A stretch of 39,764 bases of DNA from an uncultured Rubrivivax sp. (lineage in GTDB: Bacteria > Pseudomonadota > Gammaproteobacteria > Burkholderiales > Burkholderiaceae_C), in contig CALBTN010000104.1 of assembly GCA_937967345.1 (NCBI GenBank), positions 1 to 39,764 of the forward strand, in the 5' to 3' direction. The notes under the pieces were generated by a model. That model made no database searches and was not told the origin of the DNA. It worked only from the letters and a program-made list of their open reading frames with translations. Below are positions 8,908 through 17,678 of the stretch, one piece after another (within the stretch, counting starts at the first letter, position 1; the number at the start of each line of letters is the position of its first letter). The translations under genes and the position numbers were made by a program.

Positions 8908-9899
8908 CCCAACCCGGCGGCGCGCGCGTGGCCGCGCTGTGCGGCGGCGTCGGCGGCGCCAAGCTGGCCGACGGCCTGCTGCGCGTGCTGCCGCCCGACT
9001 GCCTGGGCCTGATCGTCAACACCGGCGACGACTTCGAGCACCTGGGGCTGCACGTCTCGCCCGACATCGACACCGTGGTCTACACGCTGTCGGGGCTGGC
9101 CAACCCGGCCACCGGCTGGGGCCGCCGCGACGAGAGCTGGAACTTCATGCAGGCGCTGCAGGCGCTGGGCGGCCCCACCTGGTTTCGCCTGGGTGATGGC
9201 GACCTGGCGATGCACGTGCAGCGCACCCAGCGGCTGGCGCAAGGCGAGCCGTTGAGCGCGATCACCGCCGACATCGCGCAGCGCCTGGGCATCGCCGCGC
9301 GGCTGCTGCCGATGAGCGACGGCCGGCTGCGCACCCGGGTGCGCACCGACAACGGCTGGATCGACTTCCAGGACTACTTCGTGCGCCAGCAGTGCCAGCC
9401 GACGGTGCGCGAGATCGGCTTCGACGGCGCCGCGGCGTGCACGCCGGCGCCGGGCGTGGCCGAACTGTTGGCGCAAGCGCAACTCGAAGCCATCGTGATC
9501 TGCCCGTCCAACCCCTACCTCAGCGTCGCCCCGGTGCTGGCCGTGCCGGGGCTGCGCGGGTTGCTGCGCGCGGCCGGCGTGCCGATCGTCGCGGTCTCGC
9601 CGCTGATCGCCGGGGCCGCGGTCAAGGGGCCGACCGCCAAGATCATGGCCGAGCTGGGCCACGCAAGCAGCGCGGCCGAAGTCGCGCGCTACTACGAAGG
9701 GCTGATCGACGGCTTCGTGCTCGACGAGCGCGACGCGGCGCTGGCCGCCCGGATCGGCGTGCCGGTGCGCTCGTGCGACACGCTGATGCAATCGGCCGAC
9801 GACCGCCAGCGCGTCGCGCGGCACACGCTGCAACTGGCCGGCGAACTGGCGCGCAGCCTGGCCACCGAGCTGGCCGCCCGGCGATCGAGGGCGACATGA
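8904..9899 (+). CDS. cofD: 2-phospho-L-lactate/PEP transferase (CofD/FbiA)
   Basis: LCGGVGGAKL, VNTGDDF, SPDIDTV, WFRLGDGD, FQDYFV, PSNPYLS and VSPLI..AVKGP. ATGA overlap with cofE. Confidence 0.96.
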   Translation: MTQPGGARVAALCGGVGGAKLADGLLRVLPPDCLGLIVNTGDDFEHLGLHVSPDIDTVVYTLSGLANPATGWGRRDESWNFMQALQALGGPTWFRLGDGDLAMHVQRTQRLAQGEPLSAITADIAQRLGIAARLLPMSDGRLRTRVRTDNGWIDFQDYFVRQQCQPTVREIGFDGAAACTPAPGVAELLAQAQLEAIVICPSNPYLSVAPVLAVPGLRGLLRAAGVPIVAVSPLIAGAAVKGPTAKIMAELGHASSAAEVARYYEGLIDGFVLDERDAALAARIGVPVRSCDTLMQSADDRQRVARHTLQLAGELARSLATELAARRSRAT

Positions 9900-10570
9900 G
9901 CTGCTGGGCACTGATCGCACTGAAATCCTTCGCCTGCGGCAAGACCCGGCTGGCGCAGGTGCTGCCGCTGCCCGAGCGCGAAGCCCTGAGCCGCAGGATG
10001 CTCGACCAGGTGGTGTGCGCGCTGCAGGCCGCACACGAAGTCGACGGCATCGCCATCGTGACGCAGCAAGCCGGCCCGCTGCCGGCCAACGTGCTGCCCC
10101 TCCCCGACCCCGGCGGCGGTCTGAACGCCGCGCTGGCCAGCGGCGCAAGGCAGCTGGCCGCCATCGGCGCGACCGAGTTGCTGGTGCTGCACGCCGACCT
10201 GCCCTTGCTGGCGGCCGACGAGATCGACGACTTCATCGTGCAAGCACGCCGCACCGGGCTGGGCCTGGCCAGCGACCGCATCGGCCACGGCACCAACGCG
10301 GTGTTCGTCGCGCCGCCGCTGGCCTTCGATTTCTGCTTCGGCCGCTACAGCTTCATGCGCCACCGCCAGCAAGCGCGCGAACGCGGCCTGCAGCCCTTTG
10401 TCGCCAGCGCGCCGGGTTTCGCCTTCGACATCGACGAGCCGGCCGACCTCGCGGCGCTGCTGGCGGCCCACGGCGAGCACTTCGCCCCAACCCTTGACGC
10501 CTGGAAGCCGATGCCATGGACCACGCGATTGAACGACTGCTCGGCCTCGCCCGCGACGCAGGCCGACTGA
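9896..10570 (+). CDS. cofC: 2-phospho-L-lactate/PEP guanylyltransferase (CofC/FbiD)
   Basis: LK...GKTRL, GGLNAAL, LHADLPL, GTNA, FG..SF..H and DIDEPADL. ATGA overlap with cofD. Confidence 0.93.
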   Translation: MSCWALIALKSFACGKTRLAQVLPLPEREALSRRMLDQVVCALQAAHEVDGIAIVTQQAGPLPANVLPLPDPGGGLNAALASGARQLAAIGATELLVLHADLPLLAADEIDDFIVQARRTGLGLASDRIGHGTNAVFVAPPLAFDFCFGRYSFMRHRQQARERGLQPFVASAPGFAFDIDEPADLAALLAAHGEHFAPTLDAWKPMPWTTRLNDCSASPATQAD

Positions 10571-12963
10571 GCCCGCAGCAACTGCTGACGCTGGCGCAGC
10601 ACGCGCCGCTGCACGCGCTTGTGGATTGCGCCGAGCAGCTGACGCTGCAGGGCCACGGCCGGCGCGTGGGTTATTCGCGCAAGGTCTTCATCCCGCTGAC
10701 GCGGCTGTGCCGCGACGCCTGCGGCTACTGCACCTTCGCCACCGCGCCGCGCTCGCTGCCCAGCGCCTACCTCAGCGCCGACGAGGTGCTGGCGATCGCC
10801 CGGGCCGGCGTACAGGCCGGCTGCCATGAGGCGCTGTTCACCCTGGGCGAGAAGCCCGAAGCGCGCTACCGCGCGGCGCGCGAGGCGCTGGACCGCATGG
10901 GCCACGCCAGCACCATCGACTACGTGGCGGCGATGGCCGAGCTGGTGCACCGTGAAACCGGCCTGCTGCCGCACCTGAACCCGGGCAACCTGAGCACGGC
11001 CGAGCTGGCCCAGCTGCGCCCGCTCGCGGCGTCGATGGGGCTGATGCTCGAATCGTCGGCCGAGCGGCTGACCGAGCGCGGCGGGCCGCACTGGAAGTGC
11101 CCCGACAAGCTGCCCGCCACCCGCCTCGCGACGCTGGACGCGGCGGGCGCGGCCCAGGTGGCGATGACCAGCGGCATCCTGATCGGCATCGGCGAGACCC
11201 GCGCCGAGCGCGTGCACTCGCTGCTGGCGCTGCGCGAGTTGCACGAGCGCCACGGCCACGTCCAGGAAGTGATCGTGCAGAACTTCCGCGCCAAGCCCGG
11301 CACGCGCATGGCGCATGCGCCCGAGCCGACGCTGGACGAGCACGCCTGGAGCATCGCGATGGCGCGGCTGGTGTTCGGTGCCGCGATGTCGATCCAGGCG
11401 CCGCCGAACCTGCGCCCCGGCGAACTGGCGCCGCTGCTGCGCGCCGGCATCAACGACTGGGGCGGCGTCTCGCCGGTGACGATCGACCACGTCAACCCCG
11501 AGGCCGCGTGGCCGCACCTGGACGAGCTCGAAGCTCAGACCCGCGAGTGCGGCCGCGAGCTGGTCGAGCGTCTCGCTTTGGTGCCGGCCTACGCGCGCGA
11601 CGCCGCGCGCTGGACCGAAGGCACGATGCGCAAGGCGGTGCTTCGCCTGGCCGACAGCGAGGGCTTCGCCCGGCCCGACGCCTGGCTGGCCGGCACCGGC
11701 GCGGCGCCGACGCCCGCCGTCGCCGCAGCCGTGGCCGGCGCCGCGCGCAGCGACCCCGCCAAAGCCTCGCGCGAAGTGGCCGCACTGCTGGCGCGCGCGC
11801 GCGACGGCCACGAGCTGGACGAAGCCGGCATCGTGCGCCTGTTCGCGGCACGCGACGCCGACTTCCAGGCGGTGGTGCAGGCAGCCGACGCGCTGCGCGC
11901 CGAGGTGGTCGGCGACACCGTCACCTTCGTGCGCAACTGCAACATCAACTACACCAACATCTGCCAGCACCGCTGCGGCTTTTGCGCCTTTGCCAAGAGC
12001 CGCAGCGCGCACAGCCTGCGCGGCCCGGCCTACAAGCTCGAGGCCGACGAGGTCGCCGAGCGTGCGCTGCAAGCCTGGGCCGACGGCGCCGGCGAGGTCT
12101 GCATGCAAGGCGGCATCCATCCGCACTACACCGGGCAGACCTACCTCGACCTGGTGGCTGCGGTGAAGGCCGCGGTGCCCGGCATGCACGTGCACGCGTT
12201 CTCGCCGCTGGAAGTGCTGCACGGCGCGCGCACGCTGGGGCTGAGCACCGCGCAGTTCCTGGCGCGGTTGCGCGACGCCGGCCTGGCCACCCTGCCCGGC
12301 ACCGCGGCCGAGATCCTCGACGACAAGGTCCGTGCGGTGATCTGCCCGGACAAGCTCAGCACCGACGAGTGGCTGCAGGTGATGCGCGACGCGCACGGCG
12401 TGGGCATCCGCAGCACCGCGACCATCATGTTCGGCCATGTCGAGCAGCCGCTGCACTGGGCGCGGCATCTGCTGCGCATTCGGCGGCTGCAGGCCGAGAC
12501 CGGCGGCTTCACCGAGCTGGTGCCGCTGCCCTTCGTGCACATGGAGTCGCCGCTGTGGCACAAGGGCGCGGCGCGTTCCGGGCCGACGCTGCGCGAAGCC
12601 GTGCTGATGCACGCGGTGGGCCGGCTGGTGCTGCACCCGCTGATCCCGAACATCCAGACGTCATGGGTCAAGATGGCGCCCGAGGGTGCGGCGTTGTGCC
12701 TGCGCGCCGGTGCCAACGACCTGGGCGGCACCTTGATGTACGAGTCGATCACCCGCGCCGCGGGCGGTGTCAACGGCCAACTGCTGGACGAATCGGACAT
12801 GCGCGGCATCGCCGCCAGCGTCGGGCGTGCGCTGGCCGAGCGCACCACGCTGTACGCGCGCGCTGCCGGGGTTGGCGGCGGCTTGTCGGCGCGGGCCTGC
12901 GCCGCATCGGCCACGGCGCCCATGGCGACCGCGACGGCGGCACCAGCGAAGGTTGCGGTCTGA
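10516..12963 (+). CDS. fbiC: Bifunctional FO synthase (fused CofG-CofH radical SAM enzyme)
   Basis: Two radical-SAM CxxxCxxC motifs (YSRKVFIPLTRLCRDACGYC; NINYTNICQHRCGFCAF), plus GINDWGGVSP, LPGTAAEIL and GANDLGGTLMYESI. Confidence 0.97.
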   Translation: MDHAIERLLGLARDAGRLSPQQLLTLAQHAPLHALVDCAEQLTLQGHGRRVGYSRKVFIPLTRLCRDACGYCTFATAPRSLPSAYLSADEVLAIARAGVQAGCHEALFTLGEKPEARYRAAREALDRMGHASTIDYVAAMAELVHRETGLLPHLNPGNLSTAELAQLRPLAASMGLMLESSAERLTERGGPHWKCPDKLPATRLATLDAAGAAQVAMTSGILIGIGETRAERVHSLLALRELHERHGHVQEVIVQNFRAKPGTRMAHAPEPTLDEHAWSIAMARLVFGAAMSIQAPPNLRPGELAPLLRAGINDWGGVSPVTIDHVNPEAAWPHLDELEAQTRECGRELVERLALVPAYARDAARWTEGTMRKAVLRLADSEGFARPDAWLAGTGAAPTPAVAAAVAGAARSDPAKASREVAALLARARDGHELDEAGIVRLFAARDADFQAVVQAADALRAEVVGDTVTFVRNCNINYTNICQHRCGFCAFAKSRSAHSLRGPAYKLEADEVAERALQAWADGAGEVCMQGGIHPHYTGQTYLDLVAAVKAAVPGMHVHAFSPLEVLHGARTLGLSTAQFLARLRDAGLATLPGTAAEILDDKVRAVICPDKLSTDEWLQVMRDAHGVGIRSTATIMFGHVEQPLHWARHLLRIRRLQAETGGFTELVPLPFVHMESPLWHKGAARSGPTLREAVLMHAVGRLVLHPLIPNIQTSWVKMAPEGAALCLRAGANDLGGTLMYESITRAAGGVNGQLLDESDMRGIAASVGRALAERTTLYARAAGVGGGLSARACAASATAPMATATAAPAKVAV

Positions 12964-13099
12964 CGCGCAGGCTTCGACGATGGCGCACCTGTGCAGCGTC
13001 GGGCGGTTTTGGCGCTGCGTGGGCTGGCCAGGCCCCCGACACAGACCGCTGCGGATCGATTCGTACCACGCAGCGCCGGCGCGAGCGCTGCGAAGGCAC

Positions 13100-13362
13100 C
13101 CTTTGTCCCTTCCCCGGCATGGGCTGGCGGGCCCGATCGGGGTCGACGCGCGGGCCAGGCACTGGATGAGGTGTGACGCGGCGCCGAGTGCGCGCGTCGC
13201 CTGCGCGAAGATCGGCGCGCTCGACCAGTGGGGGGCGAAGTACAGCCGGATGCGCCGGGTGTTTCGGGGCACCACCGCAGTGAACACGTAGCCCAGCGCG
13301 GCCGGCAAAGTCTTGTCCAACCGGGCGTGAGCCTGGAGCCGGGCGCAGACCTCGTTGGGCAC
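13100..13362 (-). pseudogene. Possible degraded coding remnant, family unknown
   Basis: Minus-strand frame from GTG 13362 (LGYVFTAVVPRNTRRIRLYFAPHWSSAPIFAQAT...) is GC3-biased for ~75 codons, then decays into the fbiC antisense. The left boundary is approximate. Confidence 0.25.
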
Positions 13363-13418
13363 GACTCACGCTTGATCCATCGCCCAGCGCCCGCTAAGGT
13401 GCGGGCGGGTGACAGCGC

Positions 13419-15185
13419 ATGTTCGACGCGTCCAGGCTCTTCATCAGCTATCGCCGCAGCGATGCCGAGCGCACCGCTCGCGCGCTGTGCGAGGCCTTGC
13501 GCGCGCGCTTCGGCGCCGAGCGGGTGTTCTTCGACACTTCTGACATCCCCTTTGGCGAGGACTTCCAGCGCCTGGTGCGCGAGCGCATCGACGCCAGTGA
13601 TGTCGTCATCGCCGTCATCGGTCCGCGCTGGCTGCGCGTGACGAACGACAAGGGGCGCCGGCTGGCGCAGGCCGACGATCCGGTGCGCTTCGAATTGGTC
13701 ACCGCGCTGCAGTCGAACAAGCGCATCGTGCCGCTGCGGGTCGATGGCGCCGGCGCCCCGGCTGCCGATGAGCTGCCGGAGCCGTTGCGCCAATTGGCAC
13801 TGCTGAACATGCCCGAGTTGCGCGCCGCCAGCTTCGACATCGACATCAACGAACTGATGCGCCAGCTGCTCGGGCTGCCCCGGCACGACGTCGGACGCGC
13901 GGCGCGCTGGGCCGGCGCCGCCAAGGGCGGGCCGCTCGCCATCGTGCTGCTGGCCGCAGCGGTGCTGGCTGCGAGCTTCACCGGACTGTTCGACCTGCTG
14001 GGCCTGCACACGCGCTCGCAGCGCTGGCTGCTTTCTGCCGGCGAGTATCGCGGCGAGCGCGCGCCGGTGTTGCTGGTCACGCTCGACGCAGCCAGCGAGG
14101 CCGCGCTCGGCCGTGCGTTCTCCGCGGCCAACGCGGCAGCATGGCGTCGTGACCATGCGCGGCTGATCCAGCGCGCGGCGGATGCGGGCGCGAGCGCGAT
14201 CGCCTTCGACCTGTTCTTCGAAAGTCCGACCGCGGCCGACGCTGAACTGGCCGAGGCCATCGCGCAGGCGCGACGGCGCCAGCCGCCGCTGCAGGTGGTG
14301 GTCGGTGCGCGCGCTGGACCTGACGGCGAGCCGCGCCTGGTTCCCGCGCTGCGCGCCGCCGCCGCGTGGGGCTCGCTGTGCCTGACCGATCGCGGCGGCG
14401 GCGTGCTGTGGTCGGCTCCGCTGGCGGTGTTGCGGCCGCAGCGCGGCGCCGCGGGTGAACTCGCCAGCGCCGACACGCCGGCGCTGGCGCTGGCTGCGGT
14501 GGCGCCCTCGACCTTGCGCGCCGCCGACCTGTCGCGGCGCGAACTGCTGTTCGACGGCCCGCCGCGCGATCCACCGCTGCGCTTCAGCACGGTGGAGCGT
14601 CAGCGGGTGGCCTTGCCTGGCTGCACTCTCAGCAGCGCTGGCGATGATCTGGCGATGCTGCGCTTGCGTGTGTCGCGCGAAGGCTTCTGGCGCCAGCCGG
14701 CGCGCAGCCTGTCGTATGCCGCAGCGCTCGACGAGCACGACGCTGCGCGTTTTGCAGGCCGCATCGTGCTCGTCGGCGTGACGGCCTTGGGCAGTGGCAC
14801 GCCCGATGCGCATACCGTGCTCGACGGCCTGCGCCCGCGCAGCGTCTTCGGCGTTGAACTGCAAGCCGACGCGCTGCGGGCACTGGCTGCCGCGCGCGTG
14901 CCGCGGCTGCCGACGCTGGATCGGCAACTGGCGACGACGCTGCTGGCGTGCGCGCTCGGCGCGGCGGTCGCCGTCTGGGGCTTCGAGCGCGCCGCCTGGC
15001 GGCGCCGCCTGGTGTTGCTCGCGGTGGCCGCGGCATGGACCGCAGCGGCATGGTGGCTGGCGCGGCACGACCTGCTGAGCGACCTCGTCACCGACTTGGT
15101 GACGCTGGCGCTGGCGGCGGCGCTGATTCGCGCGGTGCAGATCGTCGTCGTGCTCCTGCGCGCTTTCCGGAGGATTGCGAAATGA
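13419..15185 (+). CDS. TIR (TIR_2) domain - TM - CHASE2 sensor - 3 TM membrane protein
   Basis: N-terminal LFISYRRSD...VFFDTSDIPFGEDF...DVVIAVIGPRW...DDPVRFEL (TIR; E92 at the usual catalytic Glu position). TM at ~aa172-190. CHASE2 hallmarks VLLVTLD, W RR.HARLI...AGASAIAFDLFF...D..LA.AI, GRIVLVG and GVELQA. Three C-terminal hydrophobic helices, then stop. Confidence 0.9.
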   Translation: MFDASRLFISYRRSDAERTARALCEALRARFGAERVFFDTSDIPFGEDFQRLVRERIDASDVVIAVIGPRWLRVTNDKGRRLAQADDPVRFELVTALQSNKRIVPLRVDGAGAPAADELPEPLRQLALLNMPELRAASFDIDINELMRQLLGLPRHDVGRAARWAGAAKGGPLAIVLLAAAVLAASFTGLFDLLGLHTRSQRWLLSAGEYRGERAPVLLVTLDAASEAALGRAFSAANAAAWRRDHARLIQRAADAGASAIAFDLFFESPTAADAELAEAIAQARRRQPPLQVVVGARAGPDGEPRLVPALRAAAAWGSLCLTDRGGGVLWSAPLAVLRPQRGAAGELASADTPALALAAVAPSTLRAADLSRRELLFDGPPRDPPLRFSTVERQRVALPGCTLSSAGDDLAMLRLRVSREGFWRQPARSLSYAAALDEHDAARFAGRIVLVGVTALGSGTPDAHTVLDGLRPRSVFGVELQADALRALAAARVPRLPTLDRQLATTLLACALGAAVAVWGFERAAWRRRLVLLAVAAAWTAAAWWLARHDLLSDLVTDLVTLALAAALIRAVQIVVVLLRAFRRIAK

Positions 15186-15994
15186 ACGCGTTCAAGCTTT
15201 GGGTTCTGGCCGCGCTGGCGCTGCTGACCGGCTGCAGCGGTGTGCCAACCGGCACATCGGGCGTAGCGTCGATTCACCTGCAAAGCACCGTGCGCGACAT
15301 GGCGCCGGCAAGCCCGCGCTGGCAGATCGCCGAACCCGAAGCCGCCGGCGTGCGGGTGTGGCGCAATTTCGTGCCGGTGTCACCGTCGCGCGGGATGCAG
15401 CTCGAACCCGGCGACGTGGTGCAGACCGCGGCGGGTACGGCCGCCACCATCGTCTTCAGCGGCGGTGCCGGCGGCGGCACGGCGGTGCTCGACGAATCGA
15501 CCCGCGTGCGGGTCGGCTCGCTCGAGGTGTTCTTCGGACGAATCTTCGCCAACGTGCGCGGGCTGTTTGAAACCACCAGCCAGAACGTCGTCGCCGGCGT
15601 CGAAGGCACACAGTTCCTGTTCGAAGTCGGCCGTGATCGCGCCGTCCACGTCGGTGTGGTGCAAGGCGTGGTCGCCTGCCGCACGAAGGACGGCAGCTGG
15701 TCGGCGGTGCGCTTGGCGGCGGGCCAGTCGCTGCGCTCGGCGTACCCGAACCGCTCGCCGCCGCAGGTCGGGCAGGCTGATCCACGCGAACTGCGCGACG
15801 CTGCCGCATGGGCGGCGGCGGTGTCGAGTGCCGGCGAGGCCGAGCAGCCGGCCTACCGCGAGCCGCAGATCAACTTCGGCATCGGCATCGGCGGGCGCGG
15901 GGGCGATGCCCGAGGCGAGCCGCGACCGAAGTCGCAGCCCGACCCCGCCACCGGCAACAAGCCGCAGCAGCTGCAACCGCGGGGCAAGTACTGA
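15182..15994 (+). CDS. FecR-domain lipoprotein
   Basis: ATG 15182 overlaps the upstream stop (ATGA). Signal MNAFKLWVLAALALLTG-C18 (lipobox). FecR-like core LEPGDVVQT...LDESTRVRV...AGVEGTQFLFEV...VGVVQGVV. Low-complexity tail. Confidence 0.88.
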   Translation: MNAFKLWVLAALALLTGCSGVPTGTSGVASIHLQSTVRDMAPASPRWQIAEPEAAGVRVWRNFVPVSPSRGMQLEPGDVVQTAAGTAATIVFSGGAGGGTAVLDESTRVRVGSLEVFFGRIFANVRGLFETTSQNVVAGVEGTQFLFEVGRDRAVHVGVVQGVVACRTKDGSWSAVRLAAGQSLRSAYPNRSPPQVGQADPRELRDAAAWAAAVSSAGEAEQPAYREPQINFGIGIGGRGGDARGEPRPKSQPDPATGNKPQQLQPRGKY

Positions 15995-16239
15995 GCCAGC
16001 GCGGCGCAGGGAATCCTCAGGCCGACCGGCTGCCGAGCGGCTGCAGGTCGGGCTGCTGCGGCAGGCGATCGAGCTGCTGGCCGCCAGGGCACGCGGGCTG
16101 GCGCTGACCAAACTCGTGCCGGCCGAGGCGCACACCACCGAGCGTTTCGACACCAAGGAGCGCAGCCGGTCGGTGCGCTGCGGCCCGGCACGGCGCTGTC
16201 GAGGTGGGTGTTCCGCCACGTCAATCCCACGCCGGCGTA

Positions 16240-16253
16240 TTGATCTAAATCAA
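16240..16253. promoter_or_regulatory. FNR/CRP-family operator (perfect TTGAT-N4-ATCAA)
   Basis: TTGATCTAAATCAA, an AT-rich palindrome in very GC-rich DNA, 107 nt upstream of the methyltransferase ATG. TTGATC-N17-AACAAT also fits a sigma70-like promoter. Confidence 0.7.
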
Positions 16254-16360
16254 AGTCGCCCAAACAATGGCGATGCCCCGCATCGGCGGGGCCGCAGGCG
16301 GCCATGTCGCGGGCCCCGCCATCTGTCGTGCCACCAGGTCCGCATGCGGGAGACCGTGCG

Positions 16361-17408
16361 ATGACCGAGACCAAGCTTCAGGAGTTCATGGGCAGGCTGG
16401 TCGGCGACATGGGCGGCGCGGCGATCATGGCCAATGTGATCCTCGGCGACGAGCTGGGGCTGTACCGGTCGATGGCGGACGGGCAGCCGGTGACGCCGGA
16501 CGAACTCGCCGCGCGCACCGGCTGCCACCCCAGGCTGGTGCGCGAGTGGCTCAACGCCCAGGCGGCCAGTGGTTACGTCGAGCATGAGGCCGGGCGCTTC
16601 CGCCTGCCCGAGGAGCAAGCGCTGGCGCTGGCGGTCGAGGACTCGCCGGTGTACGTCGCCGGTGGCGCCAGCGTGCTGTCCAGCATGTTCCTGGACAAGG
16701 ACAAGCTGGTGGCAGCGATGCGCGGCAATGGCGCCTTGTCCTGGGCCGACCATCACCCTTGCCTGTTTTCGGGTACCGAGCGCTTCTTCCGCCCGGGCTA
16801 CAAGGCCAACCTGGTCAGCAGCTGGCTGCCGGCACTGGACGGCGTGGTGCCGCGGCTCGAGGCCGGCGCAAAGGTGGCCGATATCGGCTGTGGCCACGGC
16901 GCGTCGACCATCGTGATGGCGCAGGCCTATCCGAAATCGCGCTTCCACGGGTTCGACTTCCACCAGCCTTCGATAGACCAGGCGCGCCAGCGCGCGGCCG
17001 ACGCCGGCGTGGGCGACCGGGTGGAGTTCGCCCCGCGCGACGGCGCGCCAGTTCCCGGGCGACGACTACGACCTGGTCTGCTTCTTCGATTGCCTGCACG
17101 ACATGGGCGACCCGGTGGGCGCCGCCAAGCGCGCGCATCAGGCTCTCAAGCCTGGCGGAAGCGTGCTGCTGGTGGAGCCCTTCGCCAACGACGAACTCGA
17201 TCAGAACCTGAACCCGGTCGGACGTCTGTACTACGCAGCGTCCACCTGCATCTGCACCCCGAACTCGCTGTCGCAGGAGGTCGGGCTGGGCTTGGGGGCA
17301 CAGGCCGGCGAGCGGCGGCTGCGCCACGTCTTCGCCGAGGCAGGCTTCAGCAGCTTTCGGCGCGCTACCGAGACGCCGTTCAACCTCGTGCTCGAGGCAC
17401 GCAAGTAG
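16361..17408 (+). pseudogene. Class I SAM methyltransferase with N-terminal winged helix (Rv2258c-like), interrupted by a +1 frameshift
   Basis: LGDELGLYR..., REWLNAQAASGY and VADIGCGHGAST lie in one frame; DYDLVCFFDCLHDMGDP...ETPFNLVLEARK lies in the next. Removing one C from the C4 run at 17031-17034 restores a 348-aa ORF (VEFARATARQFPGDDYDL). Confidence 0.85.
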
Positions 17409-17678
17409 CTGCAGGAAAGCCTCAGCCGTGCGGCGGCCGCGGCGCACGCTTGGGCCTGAAAGCCTTGCACACCGCAGTGTCGGTGTCAGGGTAGAGAGCG
17501 TCGTCGATCAGGTCGACGCAGCAGTTGCTCGAAAGAGCCGGCCCGGACCACGGCTCGAGGGTTGTGCACTCGGGCGCGGGCTTCGACGCACCCCCGCGCC
17601 GCAGCCTGCTGCGGGAGTCGCTCGTCTACCCGCGCGCAGCCGATTCGACGAGGAAGGCGGGCCCCGCGCCCACTTCGA

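Noticed and set aside
15182-15994. FecR as part of a FecIRA iron-uptake cascade
   Set aside because: It is a lipoprotein without the cytoplasmic anti-sigma segment, and no ECF sigma factor or TonB-dependent receptor is adjacent.
16304-17494. 396-aa ORF read as an intact methyltransferase, and 17103-17408 as a separate gene
   Set aside because: Family-like sequence switches frame at ~17033. The two ORFs are halves of one frameshifted gene starting at 16361.
17409-17678. Short minus-strand frame (..NCCVDLIDDALYPDTD..) and a small GAGCCG/CGGCTC hairpin between convergent genes
   Set aside because: No convincing start or family motif, and the hairpin lacks a U-tract, so neither a CDS nor a terminator can be supported.
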